A stretch of DNA of 64,000 nt from Anolis carolinensis (taxonomy: Eukaryota). Made by a program: the position numbers and the translations under genes. Below the pieces are notes generated by a model. The model was not told the DNA's origin and searched no databases. It worked only from the letters and a program-made list of their open reading frames with translations. This document shows, one piece after another, positions 11,466 to 24,107 of the stretch; the first letter of the stretch is position 1; each line of letters opens with the position of its first letter. The stretch lies in contig NC_085842.1 in assembly GCF_035594765.1 (NCBI RefSeq), positions 19,754,782 to 19,818,781 on the forward strand, written 5' to 3'.

Positions 11466-12410
11466 CAGTAGAGTCTCACTTATCCAAGACTTGCTTATCC
11501 AAGGTTCTGGATTATCCAAGGCATTTTTGTAGTAAATGTTTTCAAAACATCATGATATTTTGGTGCTAAATTCGTAAATACAGTAATTACAACATAACAT
11601 TACTGCGTATTGAACTACTTTTTCTGTCAAATTTGTTGTATAACATGATGTTTTGGTGCTTAATTTGTAAAATCATAACCTAATTTGATGTTTAATAGGC
11701 TTTTCCTTAATCCCTCCTTATTATCCAAGATATTCGTTTATCCAAGGTTCTGCCGGCCCGTTTAGCTTGGATAAGTGAGACTCTACTGTAATCAAACTTA
11801 GGAGAGCACCACAGCCATTTCATTCCTGACTAAATTCCCAGTCAGCTCCTTTCTCTCTCTCCAGAATAAAAATGGCAGTTAAAATCCGTTGGCCTCGGTG
11901 ACAAGCTAGATGCAGCAGCCAATCAGAATCCTGGCTAGCTCAGCCAATCAGCTGTTGCCACAACTTCTTTCTAGTTAACTCACTTTAACATGGAGTCTCT
12001 TTTATAATCCCTCACAAGAAGGAATCACATTGGAAGAAAGGTAGCAGCTACTGGAACAGCCATAAAGAGCTTATACAGTAGAGTCCCACTTATCCAAGCT
12101 TCACTTATCCAAGGTTCTTTATTATCCAAGGCAGTCTGCCTTTTAGTAGTCATTGTTTTTGTAGTAAATGTTGCAGTGTTTTGATGCTAAATTCATAAAT
12201 ACAGTAATTACTGCATAACATTACATGTATTGAACTGCTTTTTCTGTCAATTTCTTGTAAAACATGATGTTTTGGTGCTTAATTTGTAAAATCATAATGT
12301 AATTTTATGTTTAATAGGCTTTTTTCTTAATCCCTCCTTATTATCTAAGATTTTCAGTTATCCAAGCTTCTGCCAGCCCGTTTTATCTTGGATAAATGAG
12401 ACTCTAATGT
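11466..12410. mobile_element. Two Tc1/mariner MITEs (11466-11788 and about 12076-12410)
   Basis: TIR CAGTAGAGTCTCACTTATCCAA with TA flanks. The family recurs at about 21150, 42060, 42686, 48755, 60415-60911 and 62230-62860. Confidence 0.8.
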
Positions 12411-12494
12411 CCTCTGGAATCCTTGTAACAGACTATATGCTTAGTCATGCTGTGAAATTATTTTAATGCAATATATATCTCTTTATACCAACAG

Positions 12495-13912
12495 AAGAGG
12501 AGAATATGACAAAGGAAATGGAAGAAGGCCCCCAGCAGGAAAGTCCCAAACAAGCAGGAATGGTCCTGGAAATCACCAAAAAAGAGACTTGCTTGTGCCA
12601 TGACCAGAAAGAAGCTCCTCAGACCCAAGAGCGCTTCCTATGTGAGCAAGAAACCCATTCAGATGAGATCCCTGTTGATGTTCCTCATACGAATGACCTC
12701 AGCGTAACCACAATGGACCAGGTTATTCAGAAACATGGGAACGATGAGACAAGCTCTCAGTGTGGACAGAGTTTCAGTGTGAGCCCACCTCCGAAAACCA
12801 ACCCCGGAGAGAAGCGCTACAAATGCTTGTACTGTGGGAAGGGCTTTGCGGTGAGATCAGGCCTCACTGCTCACGAGAGAACCCACACGGGTGAGAAGCC
12901 GTACACGTGTTCAGACTGCGGGAAGAGCTTTAGCGTGAGCTCCAGCCTGAAGGCCCACCGGAGGACCCACACCGGAGAGAAGCCGCACGAGTGTTCGCAC
13001 TGTGGGAAGCGGTTCTCCGTGAGCTCGACCCTCAAGAAGCACTACCGGACGCACACGGGCGAGAGGCCCTACGAGTGCTTGGTCTGCGGGGTGAACTTCC
13101 GCCAGATCGGCAGCCTGAAAGCTCACCAAAAAATCCACACAGGAGAAAAATCCTGTGAGTGCTCTGTCTGCGGGCTGGGTTTTAGCGAGCTCTCCGTCCT
13201 TTTCTCCCATTATAGGACCCACACGGGGGAAAAACCCTACAAGTGCTCCGAGTGCGGCAAGAGCTTCTACCAGAAACAGGGGCTTGCTCTGCACCTGAAG
13301 ATGCACTTCGGGGAGCGGCCGTATAAATGCTCCGAGTGCGGGAAAAGCTTCAGCGTGAGCTCACGCCTTAAGAAGCACCAGTTGATCCACACAGGAGAGA
13401 GACCCTTCCAGTGTCAGCAGTGCGGGAAAAGCTTTTGCTCGAGCACGGATCTCATCATCCACGAGAGAGCCCACGCCGGGGACAAGCCCTATCAGTGCTC
13501 TTTTTGTGGGAAAAGGTTCTGCCGTACCTCGGAGGTGGTCAGCCACGAGAGAATCCACACAGGGGAGAAACCCTACAAATGCCTGGAGTGTGGGAAGAGC
13601 TTCAGCGTCAGCTCGCGGCTGAGTACACACAAGAGAGTTCACACAGGGGAGCGGCCGTTCAAATGCTCGCAGTGTGGAAGGACTTTCACCTACAAGGCCC
13701 ACCTGGTTGCCCACGAGAGGATCCACACGGGAGAGAGGCCGTACACATGCTCAGTGTGCGGGAAGACCTTTCGGGTGCGCGACTGCCTCATGGTACATGA
13801 GAGAATCCACACCGGGGAGAAGCCTTTCAAATGCTTAGACTGTGGCAAAAGCTTCCGGAACAGCTCTTCTCTGGTCCAGCACCAAAGAATACACGCAGAA
13901 CGGAACAAATAA
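12495..13912 (+). CDS. Gene B terminal exon: 13 tandem C2H2 zinc fingers
   Basis: ORF 12506-13912 has 13 CxxC-x12-HxxxH repeats with TGE(K/R)P-type linkers. Phase-1 acceptor ACAG|AA at 12494/12495. Confidence 0.95.
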
Positions 13913-14875
13913 CTTACTTACTGAGGCAATCCCTCATTGTCCAAGTATGATGGCCTTCCAGGTGTAGCGTCCTGGTGGTGGATACGTAGGCGACTGTAGA
14001 GCCCTTTACTTGACCCGCATGTTCTTCCACAGTGAGGATATCAGTTTCCAGGTGGAAGGCGGTTCTGGTCAGGGTTGGCTTGACACACTTTCCTCTTGGC
14101 ATGTTTTTCCCTTTTGTCCACCATTTGTGCCTCTTCAAATCCCACAGCACTGCTGGTCACAGCTGACCTCCAGTTAGAGTGCTCAAGGGCCAGGGCTTCC
14201 CAGTTCTCAGTGTCTATGCCACAGTTTTTAAGATTTTAAGCCCATCTTTAAATCTCTTTTCCTGTCATCCAACATTCTCTTTTCTGTTCTTGAGTTGGGT
14301 GTAGAGTAACTGCTTTGGGAGACAGTGATGTGATATTTGGATAATGTGGCCAGTCCAGCGCAGTTGATGGCGTAGGAGCATTGCTTCAATGCTAGTGGTC
14401 TTTACTTCTTCCAGTATGCTGACATTTGTCTGCCTGTCTTCCCAAGAGATTTGCAGGATTTTTCGGAGGCAACGCTGTTGGAATCATTCCAGGAATTGAG
14501 TGTGATGTCTGTAGACAGTCCAAGTTTCACCAGCGTATAACAGGGTTGGGAGGACAATAGCTTTATAAACAAGCACCTTGGTATCCCTCCAGATGTCCCG
14601 ATCCTCAAACACTCTCTGCTCCATTTGGAAAAATGATGCACTCACAGAGCTCAGGCGGTGTTTTATTTCAGTTTCAATGTTGACTTTTGTGGAGAGGTGG
14701 CTGCCAAGATAGCAGAAATGGTCAACATTTTCTAACATTACACCACTAAGCTGTATTTCTGGCATTGCAGAGGGGTTAGCTGGTGCCTGTTGGAAGAGCA
14801 TTTTGGTTTTATCCATGTTCAGTGAGAGGCCAAGCTTCTCGTTTGCGTCCACAAAGGTGTTGAGAGTGGCTAAAT
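13913..14875 (-). mobile_element. RTE-clade LINE, 5'-truncated
   Basis: ORFs 14484-14882 and 14402-14641 contain FCYLGSHLS...TKVLVYKAIVLPTLLYAGETWTVY. (TAAG)n tail at 13913-13920. Confidence 0.88.
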
Positions 14876-14909
14876 GCAGCATAGAATAAGAGAGGGGGAA
14901 AAGAAAACA

Positions 14910-15455
14910 AGGGCCATCCAGTTCAGCCCTATTCTGTCATGCAGAAAAATACAATCAAAGCACTCCTGCTAGATGGCCATCCAACCTATGTTTCAAAATC
15001 TCCAGAGAAGGAGACTCCACCACACTTTGAGGCAGCATATTCCACTGTTGGCAGCATATTCCACTGCTCTTACTGTCAGTTAGTTCTTCCTAATGTTCAG
15101 GTGGAATCTGTTTCCATGCCATTTGAATCCATTGCTCCGTGTCCTGGTCTCCAGAGCAGGTTATTTCAGACAAGGTCTCCAGATCAGCAGAAAGCAAGCT
15201 CACCCCACTCAATGTGACATCCTTTCCTATGTTGAAATATGTTCCCTTTGAGCCATCTTTTCTCCAAGCTAGACATACCCAACTCCCGAAGCCATTCCTC
15301 ACAGGGTTAGGCTTCTAAATCTTTTGATCGTTTTGGTCACCCTTCTCTGGACACCTTCCAGTTTGTTAGTATTGTTCTTGAATTGTGGTGACTACAACTG
15401 GACATGGGATTATTCCAGATGAGGTCTGAACAAAGCAGAGCAGAGTGGGGCTACT
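14910..15455 (-). mobile_element. CR1 LINE fragment
   Basis: Reverse complement of a CR1 ORF2 end and 3' UTR. Confidence 0.75.
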
Positions 15456-15821
15456 ACTGGGAAACTATGCGGAAGAAGGGGGATGGTGTGGAACATCAAC
15501 TTTATAACATGAAGAAATCTACAAGGATTGTAAATAGTTTATTTTGTGGGTGGGTTGATATAAATGAGAGATACACGTGGATAAGTAAATCTCATGTATA
15601 AGTCAACAGCAGGTTTTGGAGCCAAAAGTATGGATTTTGGTGTGACCAATGGATAAGTTAAAGGTAATTCTACAGAAAGGGAAGAGCACCATGGATGCCT
15701 CAGTGGCCATTACTGCAATTTTGATCGCAAACATTCAAAAAGACCAAGTATTCCTGCAGATGAAAGAGTAGAGCATATTTGTGCTTATTTTAGATTTTTC
15801 TGGGGCAGAATAAGATCTGTT

Positions 15822-16440
15822 TTGTCGAAGGCTTTCATGGCCAGAATCACTGGGTTGCTGTGAATTTTCCGGGCTGTCTGGCCATGTTCCAGAAGCATTC
15901 TCTCCTGACATTTCACTCACATATATGGCAGGCATCCTCAGAGGTTGAGAGGTCTGTTGGAAACTAAGTAAGTGAGGTTTATATATCTGTGGAATTATGT
16001 CCTAAGTGGGAGAAAGAACTCTTGTCTGTTTGAAGTAAATGTGAATGTTGTAATTAGCTACCTTGATTAGCATTTAGTGGCCTTGCAGCTTCAAAGCTTG
16101 GCTGCTTCCAGCTTGGGCGAATCCTTTGTTTGGGAGTGTTAGCTGGCCTTGATTGTTTCCTGTCTGGAATTCCCTTGTCTTCTGAGTGTCGTTCTTTATT
16201 TACTGTCCTGATTTTAGAGTTTTCAATGGTAATCAAGGTGACCAATGGCAACATTCACGCTTGCCTCCAACAGACCAGAGTTCCTTCACTCTGGACATTC
16301 CAGATGTATAAACCCCACTTGCCTAATTTCCAACAGACCTCACAACCCCTGAGGAGTTCTGCCATAGATGTGGGTGAAACGTCAGGAGAGAATGCTTCTG
16401 GAACATGGCCATACAGCCTGGAGAACTCACAGCAACCCAG
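15822..16440. mobile_element. Inverted Penelope pLTR pair
   Basis: Minus copy 15822-16222 and plus copy 16223-16440, with a hammerhead core at 16349-16383. Confidence 0.75.
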
Positions 16441-17138
16441 AATAAGCTCTCTTCTTTTGCCCATCTATTCAGAAAAGCGAAGGGTTCGCCTTTTCATAAG
16501 AGTAGAAATACAGTATTGACATTACCCATTGATAAGTTTTTATAATAATAAAGTTTCTACATTGTGTTGAATGCAATGGGCATGGATTCTTTGAAAAGTC
16601 CATGCTCAATTCCAATCATGACAGAAGCCTTTCACAATACGTATTTACAGGGCTAGGATTCCCTTTAAACGGCCGTGGCTCTACCTTGGGGAATCTCAAA
16701 CAGGTAAATCACAAGCGGCACGGGATAATAACTAAGAATCATAGAATGCATCTACACCGTAGAATTAATGTAGTTTGACATCCTTTTAACTGCCGTGGCT
16801 CAATGCTATGGAATCCTGGGAGTTGTAGTTTTGAGTATAAATGCTGGAAATAAATAAATTTGACAAGGCACCAGCAGAGAAGGCAAAAGACCTCGTAAAA
16901 CTACAGCGGCCATAATTCCATAGCAGCCTGTCCTGGCAGCAAAAGTGCATTAATTTTATAATGTAGATGTACACATGGCTGATAATACCTGGAAATCAGG
17001 AAGTATCAGAATTCTAGTAAGAATTAGGGAAAATTCCTGCCCAAAATACTGTTGAGAAACATTTATGCAGCTTAAAGTTGACATTACTGGGCTAGATGGA
17101 TTGAAGGCAGCAAATGTTCCATCACTGATATTCAAGAA

Positions 17139-18476
17139 CTAGCTTGGATCCCCGTCATATGAGTTATATGAAAAAGTCAATTGTACAAAATGTACAAAAC
17201 TACAACTGACATCATGCCAGGTTAACCCCGAGAAACTCCATCAGTATTTAAAGTTTGTAATGTTGGGCAAATTTGCTCTGGATGCTTCATCGACGGGATT
17301 CAGTGTGCTCTTTGGCTGCAGGGTAGATTACAACTCCCACTGTGGTGAGTTAGTCCCTCAAACATCTCCCGTAGGTTGAGTTAGTCATGAGGGTTCTCGG
17401 TGACAAGTGTGGTCCAGGTCCATCATTGGTGGAAGTCACAGTTTCTCTAGTGGTGGGTGAACTACAACTCCCAGAAAGGAAGATCAGTTCCACCGAAACC
17501 ACTCCAGTAATCGAAGTTTAACATATTAGGTATGTGTGCCAAGTTTGGTCCAGATCCATTGGTGTTTGGGTTCACAGTTCTCTGGATGGAGGTAACTACA
17601 ACTCCCCCAAATCATGGTGGATTTTCCCCAAATACCTCCAGTATTCTTTGCGGGTCATAGGAGTTCTGTGTGCCAAGTTTGGTCCAATTCCACCTTTGGT
17701 GGAGTTCAGCGTGCTCACTGATTGCAGGTAAACTATAAATCCCAGTACCTACAACTCCAAAATGTGCTAGCCAATTCCCCTCACATCTCAACAGTATTCA
17801 AATTTGAGCATGTTGAGTATGCATGCCAAGTTTGGTCCAGAGCCATCATTGTTTGCGTTCACAGTTCTCTCCAGACGTAGGTGAACTACAGCTCCCCGAA
17901 ACTAAGGTGAATTTTCTCCAAATACCTCCAGTATTTTTTGATGGTCATGGAGATTCTGTGTGCGTAGTTAGTTCAAGGTCCATCATTGGTGGAGTTCAGA
18001 GTGTTCTTGTATTGCAGTTGAACCATACATCCCAGTACCAACAACAGCTATAATTCATGGTGAATTCTCCCCAAATCTCTCCAGTATGTTCAGTTGCTGA
18101 TCAATTCCCCTGTTTCCTGTGTGCCATAGAAAAGAATAGATAAGGGTTATGGGAAAGGCAGTGGTCATGCAAATTCCACTCCAATGGAGAGAGTCAGAAA
18201 CACTAGGATGTCTGTGGTAGAGGAAAAACAGAAAATCTAGGATGAAATTGTCCCCGTCTGAAAGCCTTCACTTGGGTGGGGGGCAGGATGGTGTTTGTGA
18301 AGGACATACAAGGCTCTTGGACATGTTAACGGCGCTCGCAATGTCATGGGAGGGAGGGCCATTGGTATCCCCTGAGGAGTGGGAGCTACAGCTATTTGTG
18401 AAAGTGGGAGCCTATTTGTGTAAGTGGACACCACAGCCACACACACGTACATATTTTCACTTTTATTATGTGTATA
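17139..18476 (-). mobile_element. Non-autonomous Helitron
   Basis: CTAG 3' end at the left and a TC-type start region (TATGTGTATAG) at the right, with internal subrepeats. Relatives at 20416-21610, 30781-31825, 32937-33870 and 38885-39320. Confidence 0.65.
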
Positions 18477-18529
18477 GGTAGATTTACTCCTATCTCTTGC
18501 CGATACCTGTTCTAAGACTTCGATAGCCA

Positions 18530-19010
18530 ATGTGGTGTCGAAGGCATTCATGGCCGGAATCACAGGGTGGTTGTGTGTTTTCCGGGCTGTATGGCCATGT
18601 TCCAGAAGCATTCCCTCCTGACGTTTCACCCACATCTATGGCAGTCATCCTCAGAGGTTGAGAGTTCTGTTGGAAACTTATGTAAGTAAGGTTTATATAT
18701 CTGTGGAATAATGTCCAAGGTGGGAGAAAGAACTCTTGTCTGTTTGAAGCAAGTGTGAATGTTGCAATTGGATCCCTTGATTAGCATTTAATGGCCTTGC
18801 AGCTTCAAAGCCTGGCTGCTTCCTGCTTGGGGGAAATCCTTTGTTTGGGGGTGTTAGCTGTCCCTGATTGTTTCCTGTCTGGAATTCCAGTCTTCTGAGT
18901 GTCGTTCTTTATTTACTGTCCTTATTTTAGAGTTTCAATGCTAATCAAGGTGGCCATTTGCGACATTCACACAGACACCCTCAGAGGTTGTGAGGTATCT
19001 CACAACAACT
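18530..19010 (-). mobile_element. Penelope pLTR with hammerhead core (18617-18657)
   Basis: Same family as 7020-7565. Confidence 0.75.
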
Positions 19011-19152
19011 CTTTGATGGCCGTTTTGCATGGATGACCACAATACAGTCTCGCATTGGTATTGATGAATGTTTTGTCATTTTGTTTGATAATTGTCCCGA
19101 GAAATTAGTAGTGAAGGATGGTAGAACTTTCCTTAATAATGATGAAAAAAAT

Positions 19153-19479
19153 AGGTAAAGGTAAATCCCCTGACGTTAAGTCCAGTCGTGTCCGACTCTG
19201 GGGGTTGGTGCTCATCTCCATTTCTAAGCCAAAGAGCCGGCGTTGTCCATAGACACCTCCAAGGTTATGTGGCCATTGGCATGACTGCATGGAGCGCTGT
19301 TACCTTCCTGCCGGAGCGGTACCTATTGATCTACTCACATTTGCATGTTTTCGAACTGCTAGGTTGGCAGAACCTGGAGCTAACAGCAGGTGCTCACACT
19401 GCTTCCCGGATTCGAACCTGCAACCTTTCGGTCTGCAAGTTCAACACCTCAGTGGTTTAATACACTGCGCTACTGGGGG
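19153..19479 (-). mobile_element. Sauria SINE
   Basis: Reverse complement of the tRNA head and ACCTTT tail. Other copies at 37337-37648(-), 45902-46232(-), 51579-51903(+) and 63268-63592(+). Confidence 0.85.
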
Positions 19480-19615
19480 AAGAAATACAATAAAACAGAT
19501 TGTGTTTGGTAAGTGTCTCTTGATTTCTGTCCCTAGTGTGTGTCCTCCAGCGAGATGTTTCTTTGCACAATTTGGGGTGGAATTAATGCAGTTTGACGAC
19601 ATATTTCTTATCTAT

Positions 19616-19808
19616 CAGGCATGGGCAAAGCTTGGCCTTCCTTCCAGGTGTTTTCGACGGCAACTCCCACCATTCCTAACAGCCTCAAGCCCTTTCCTTT
19701 TCCCCTTCAGCCGCTTAAGCTGAAAAGGAAAGGGCCTGAGGCTGTTAGGAATGATGGGAGTTGAAGTCCAAAACACCTGGAAGGAAGGCCAAGCTTTGCC
19801 CATGCCAG
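19616..19808. mobile_element. Palindromic hAT MITE
   Basis: CAGGCATGGGCAAA...TTTGCCCATGCC(A)G. The family is also at about 5087, 20258, 24414, 29718, 44397, 45312 and 46248. Confidence 0.75.
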
Positions 19809-19899
19809 TCCTATATCCATAGGAAGATAAAATAGGAATGAAATAGGAAACAATACTTTCAAACCAGGAACACAACATAGCATAATGTTTCCGATGTTG

Positions 19900-20175
19900 C
19901 TACATAGTGAGATCAACCCAGGCCTCTTTCTTGCCAGGCCATCTCCCAGGAAGGGTTAAGGCGAGCGAGAGGAGGCTTGCAAGAGAGACCAGGGAGGGAT
20001 TTGCCAAGAGTGAAATGCAAAGAAAGGGGGGTTTTCAGAGGGGGGTTTGCAAGCCCCTTCCTGTTCCTGGAGGGGCGGAGAAAGGGGCAGGTTGGAAGGG
20101 GGTTTGGAGAGAGAGAAAAAGGGGGTGTTCTCTTTAGTATCTGGAGTGTTTAATCTTGCAAGCAAAGGTGAGCCA
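19900..20175 (+). promoter_or_regulatory. Candidate promoter / non-coding exon 1 of gene C
   Basis: G-rich unique segment with GGGGCGG near 20073. Donor AAG|GTGAGC at 20167/20168. Confidence 0.4.
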
Positions 20176-21855
20176 TGAGACAAGGGATAGTGGGCTGGAA
20201 GGAGAAAGGGATGCAAAACTGGATGATGAATGACTTGAGTCCTTGGGTGCTTCTGCACAAGGCATGGGCAAACTTTGGCCCTCCAGGTGTTTTGGACTTC
20301 AACTCCCACAATTCCTAACAGCCGGTAGGCTGTTAGGAATTGTGGGAGTTGAAGTCCAAAACACCTGGAAGGGCCAAAGTTTGCACTAACATTTGCCATT
20401 CTTCTTTAACCAAACTAGCTTGGGGATCCGGCGGTGCCTGGGTTATTTGGAAAATACAATGTTTGTTTTGGAGTGTTAGGTAATATCAGTTTGGTAATTT
20501 GTAGCTCTTAGAAAAAAGTCAGTCTTTCCTGTTGTTGTTTTTTTTATGAATGCTCTCATTAGAAAATGCATAAGGATGTGGGGGTCACAGTGCTGTGTCT
20601 TGATGCAGAGTGAACTACAACTTCCACCATATAGAGCCAGTCCCCCAAACCCCTCCAGTATGTTCAGTTGCTGATCACTTCCTCTGTTTGCTGTGTCCCA
20701 TAGAAAAGAATAGGAAAGGGTTACAGGAGAGGCAGTGGGCAGGGTCATGCAAATTCTACACCAATGGGGGAGAGAAAGGAACACTGGGATGCCTATGGTG
20801 GAGGAAAAACAGAAAATCTAGGAGGAAAATGTCCCTATATGATAGCCTTCACTTGGGTGGTGGGCAGGATGGTGTTTGTGGAGAACATTGTCAGGGCTCT
20901 TGGACATGTTCATGGCACTCGCTATAACCTGCAATGTCATTGGAAGGAGGGCCTTTGGTAGCTCCTCAACACTGGGAGTTATAGTTGTTAGTGGAAATGG
21001 GAGCTTGTCTCTTTAAATGGCCACATACACACATACATATTTTCACTTTTATCATGTGTATACATGGCCACACCAGCCACACAAACATACATATTTTCAC
21101 TTTTATTATGTGTATACATGTCCACACCAGCCACATACACACATACATACAGTAGAGTCTCACTTATCCAATATTCATGTATCCAACGTTCTGGATTATC
21201 CAACACATTTTTGTAGTCAATGTTTTCAGTACATCGTGATATTTTGGTGCTAAATTTGTAAATACAGCAATTACTACATAGCATTACTGCGTATTGAACT
21301 ACTTTTTCTGTTAAATTTGTTGTCTGACATGATGTTTTGGTGCTTCATTTGTAAAATCATAATCTAACTTGATGTTTAATAGGCTTTTCCTTAATCCTTC
21401 CTTATTATCCAACATATTCACTTATCCAACATTTTGCCAGCCCGTTTATGTTGGATAAGTGAAACTCTACTGTATTTTCACTTTTATTATGTGTATAAAT
21501 GGCCACCCCAGCCACATACACACATACACATTTTCACTTTTATTATGTGTATACATGGCCACCCCAGCCACTTACACACATACATATTTTCACTTTTATT
21601 ATGTGTATAGATAGATAATGTGTATATATTGGTTCTCCTTAAATATGCGAGTAATGGGAATCAATTACGTCTTTGTGCCATGCAGATTTTCTGAACAACC
21701 CAAAGCAGAATTTGGTTGGACGTATATCAGATCTGCCTCCCTGTTGTGCTTCCAAAACAGAAAGTAACCAAAAGCTCATAGTGACGTGAGACCAAGGCTG
21801 AAGTAGAAGAGACAGGAGTAGACAACAGTCCCCTTTGACCCAAGAGAGAGAAGAA

Positions 21856-22548
21856 ATGTCTTCGAAAGAGGAGGAGGAAGAGGTGGCTATACCCTTGGCT
21901 CCCCATGAATATTTTCCGGTCAAGAAGACAGTGGACCAACAACACCCCACAAGTCCCTTGGGACATGGAGATGCCTCGGAGGGCATGGAAATGATGAGCA
22001 ACCATGTGGTGAAAAAGGAAGACATGGTGACGTTGGCAACATCTTGTCCAGAACCAAATCGCCCACATCTCCTGGACACTCCGCATTCGGACGATATATA
22101 CCTGACGCCCGCTGAGAAGGCCATCATTAGCCATCCGGGGAAATGGATATCTCGTCTCCTCCCAGGCCTCAAGGAGGAAGGGCAGAGGCTATTTGAGGAG
22201 CGGGAGGCAGGGGACTACGGGAAGGTGAAGGCAGCTATTTTGAAGGTGGACGCCATCGGCACTGAGGTCCAGCGGCAGCACTTCCGGCTGTTTCAATATA
22301 AGGAGGCCGACGGGCCCCGCGAAGCCTGCAGCCGGCTCTGGTTCCTTTGCCATCGGTGGTTGAAGCCCGAGCGGCACACCAAGGAGCAGATCCTGGAGCT
22401 GTTGATCCTGGAGCAGTTCTTGGCCATCCTTCCTCCAGAGATCCAGAATTGGGTCAAAGACGGCTGCCCGGAGACCTGTGCCCAAGCGGTGACTTTGGCG
22501 GAGGAGTTTCTGCTGAAGCCACGAGAGGCGGAGAGGCCAACACAGCAG
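21856..22548 (+). CDS. Gene C exon: SCAN domain with eroded ESCAN N-lobe
   Basis: ORF 21835-22674 contains [10 protein letters not shown]...[10 protein letters not shown]...[64 protein letters not shown] at 21856. Phase-0 donor CAG|GTGATC after 22548. Confidence 0.9.
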
Positions 22549-22620
22549 GTGATCCTGGTGATTCTGTCATCCTATATCCTGTGGAGATACAAGAGTCTGG
22601 AAACTTTCATGGTGCCCAAC

Positions 22621-23192
22621 CCAGATCTGAAGTCCAAAACACCTGAAGGACTAAAGGTTGGACACCAGATCTGAAATCCAAAACATCTGAAGGACTAAAG
22701 GTTGGACACCAGATCTGAAGTCCAAAACATCTGAAGGACTAAAGGTTGGACACCAGATCTGAAGTCCAAAACATCTGAAGGACTAAAGGTTGGACACCAG
22801 ATCTGAAGTCCAAAACATCTGAAGGACTAAAGGTTGGACACCAGATCTGAAGTCCAAAACACCTGAAGGACTAAAGGTTGGACACCAGATCTGAAGTCCA
22901 AAACACCTGAAGGACTAAAGATTGGACACCAGATCTGAAGTCCAAAACACCTGAAGGACTAAAGGTTGGACACCAGATCTGAAGTCCAAAACACCTGAAG
23001 GACTAAAGGTTGGACACCAGATCTGAAGTCCAAAACATCTGAAGGACTAAAGGTTGGACACCAGATCTGAAGTCCAAAACACCTGAAGGACTAAAGGTTG
23101 GATACCAGATCTGAAGTCCAAAACATCTGAAGGACTAAAGGTTGGACACCAGATCTGAAGTCCAAAACACCTGAAGGACTAAAGGCTGGACA
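22621..23192 (+). repeat. 44-bp minisatellite, 13 copies
   Basis: Unit CCAGATCTGAAGTCCAAAACA(C/T)CTGAAGGACTAAAGGTTGGACA, period 44. Confidence 0.95.
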
Positions 23193-23983
23193 CCACTAGT
23201 TAAACCAGGCATGGCAAACCTCAGCCCTCCCTCCAGGTGTTTTGGACTTCGGCATTTCCTAGATCCTCCAGCACAACTCAAGTGTTTCTGCCACAAATCA
23301 ATAACGCTTGCTATTAAATGGGAATGTGCTTGTCCATGAGTCTTGAAATCCCATAACCTTCTTCTGTACATCAACTAATTTTTAACTCTCTTTTGAACTT
23401 CTTTTTATTAAATTGTTTTGGTATCACGTGCATCGTCTGGTATTAGAGTGGTTGAGCTAGGTCACATTGAGTCTATGGTGGCAACAGATATTCAGGATGT
23501 TGTCGAAGGCTTTCATGGCTGGAATCACTGGGTTGCTGTGAGTTTTTTGGGCCAAATGGTCATGGTCCAGTATCATTTTCTCCTGATGTTTCACCTGCAT
23601 CTGTGACTAGCATCTTCAGAGGTTTCTGAAAATGCCAGCCACAGATGCAGGCAGAACATCGGGAGAGGATGCTACTCAAACATGGCCTTACAGGACAAAA
23701 AACTCACAGCAACCTAGTTATTCAAGAGTTGTGCCCTGAGTCCCCACGGGTGAAAAAGGCGGGATAGAAATGACGTAAATAAATAATAAATAAATTGTGA
23801 TAACTTTGGTGTCTTCATGATGGGTCAAGTTGAGGTCCCTTCTTTTGATGACATAGCAGTAGATCAAGGAGGGTCTCCCACGTTTGTTGGCAGTGGTGGA
23901 GCCGGTGGAGGACACACCACTGCCCAGCCTCCATCCCAGACCATTCACGGTTCCTGAGCTTAACTTTCTCTTCTCTTTTTCAG

Positions 23984-24107
23984 GTGCCAGGATCTCTTGA
24001 AGAGCCAATCGGGAGCTCTCCTGTGGTGGACAAAGCGCCGTTGGAAGCCAACCAAGAAGTGGACCAGGAGGTCAAGCAAGAGACCGTTATGGATGGCATC
24101 TCCATGG
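23984..24107 (+). CDS. Gene C middle exon (124 nt, phase 0 to 1; degenerate KRAB-A-like)
   Basis: Strong acceptor TTCTCTTTTTCAG|GTG and donor ATGG|GTAAGG. Frame VPGSLEEPIGSSPVVDKAPLEANQEVDQEVKQETVMDGISM. Confidence 0.85.

Noticed and set aside
11341-11990. Possible solo LTR (TGTTAA...TTAACA, two CCAAT boxes) in a gene B intron
   Set aside because: No matching target-site duplication found, so the boundaries are unsupported.
22621-23192. CRISPR-like regular repeat
   Set aside because: Units are contiguous with no unique spacers, the context is eukaryotic, and there are no cas genes. It is a minisatellite.
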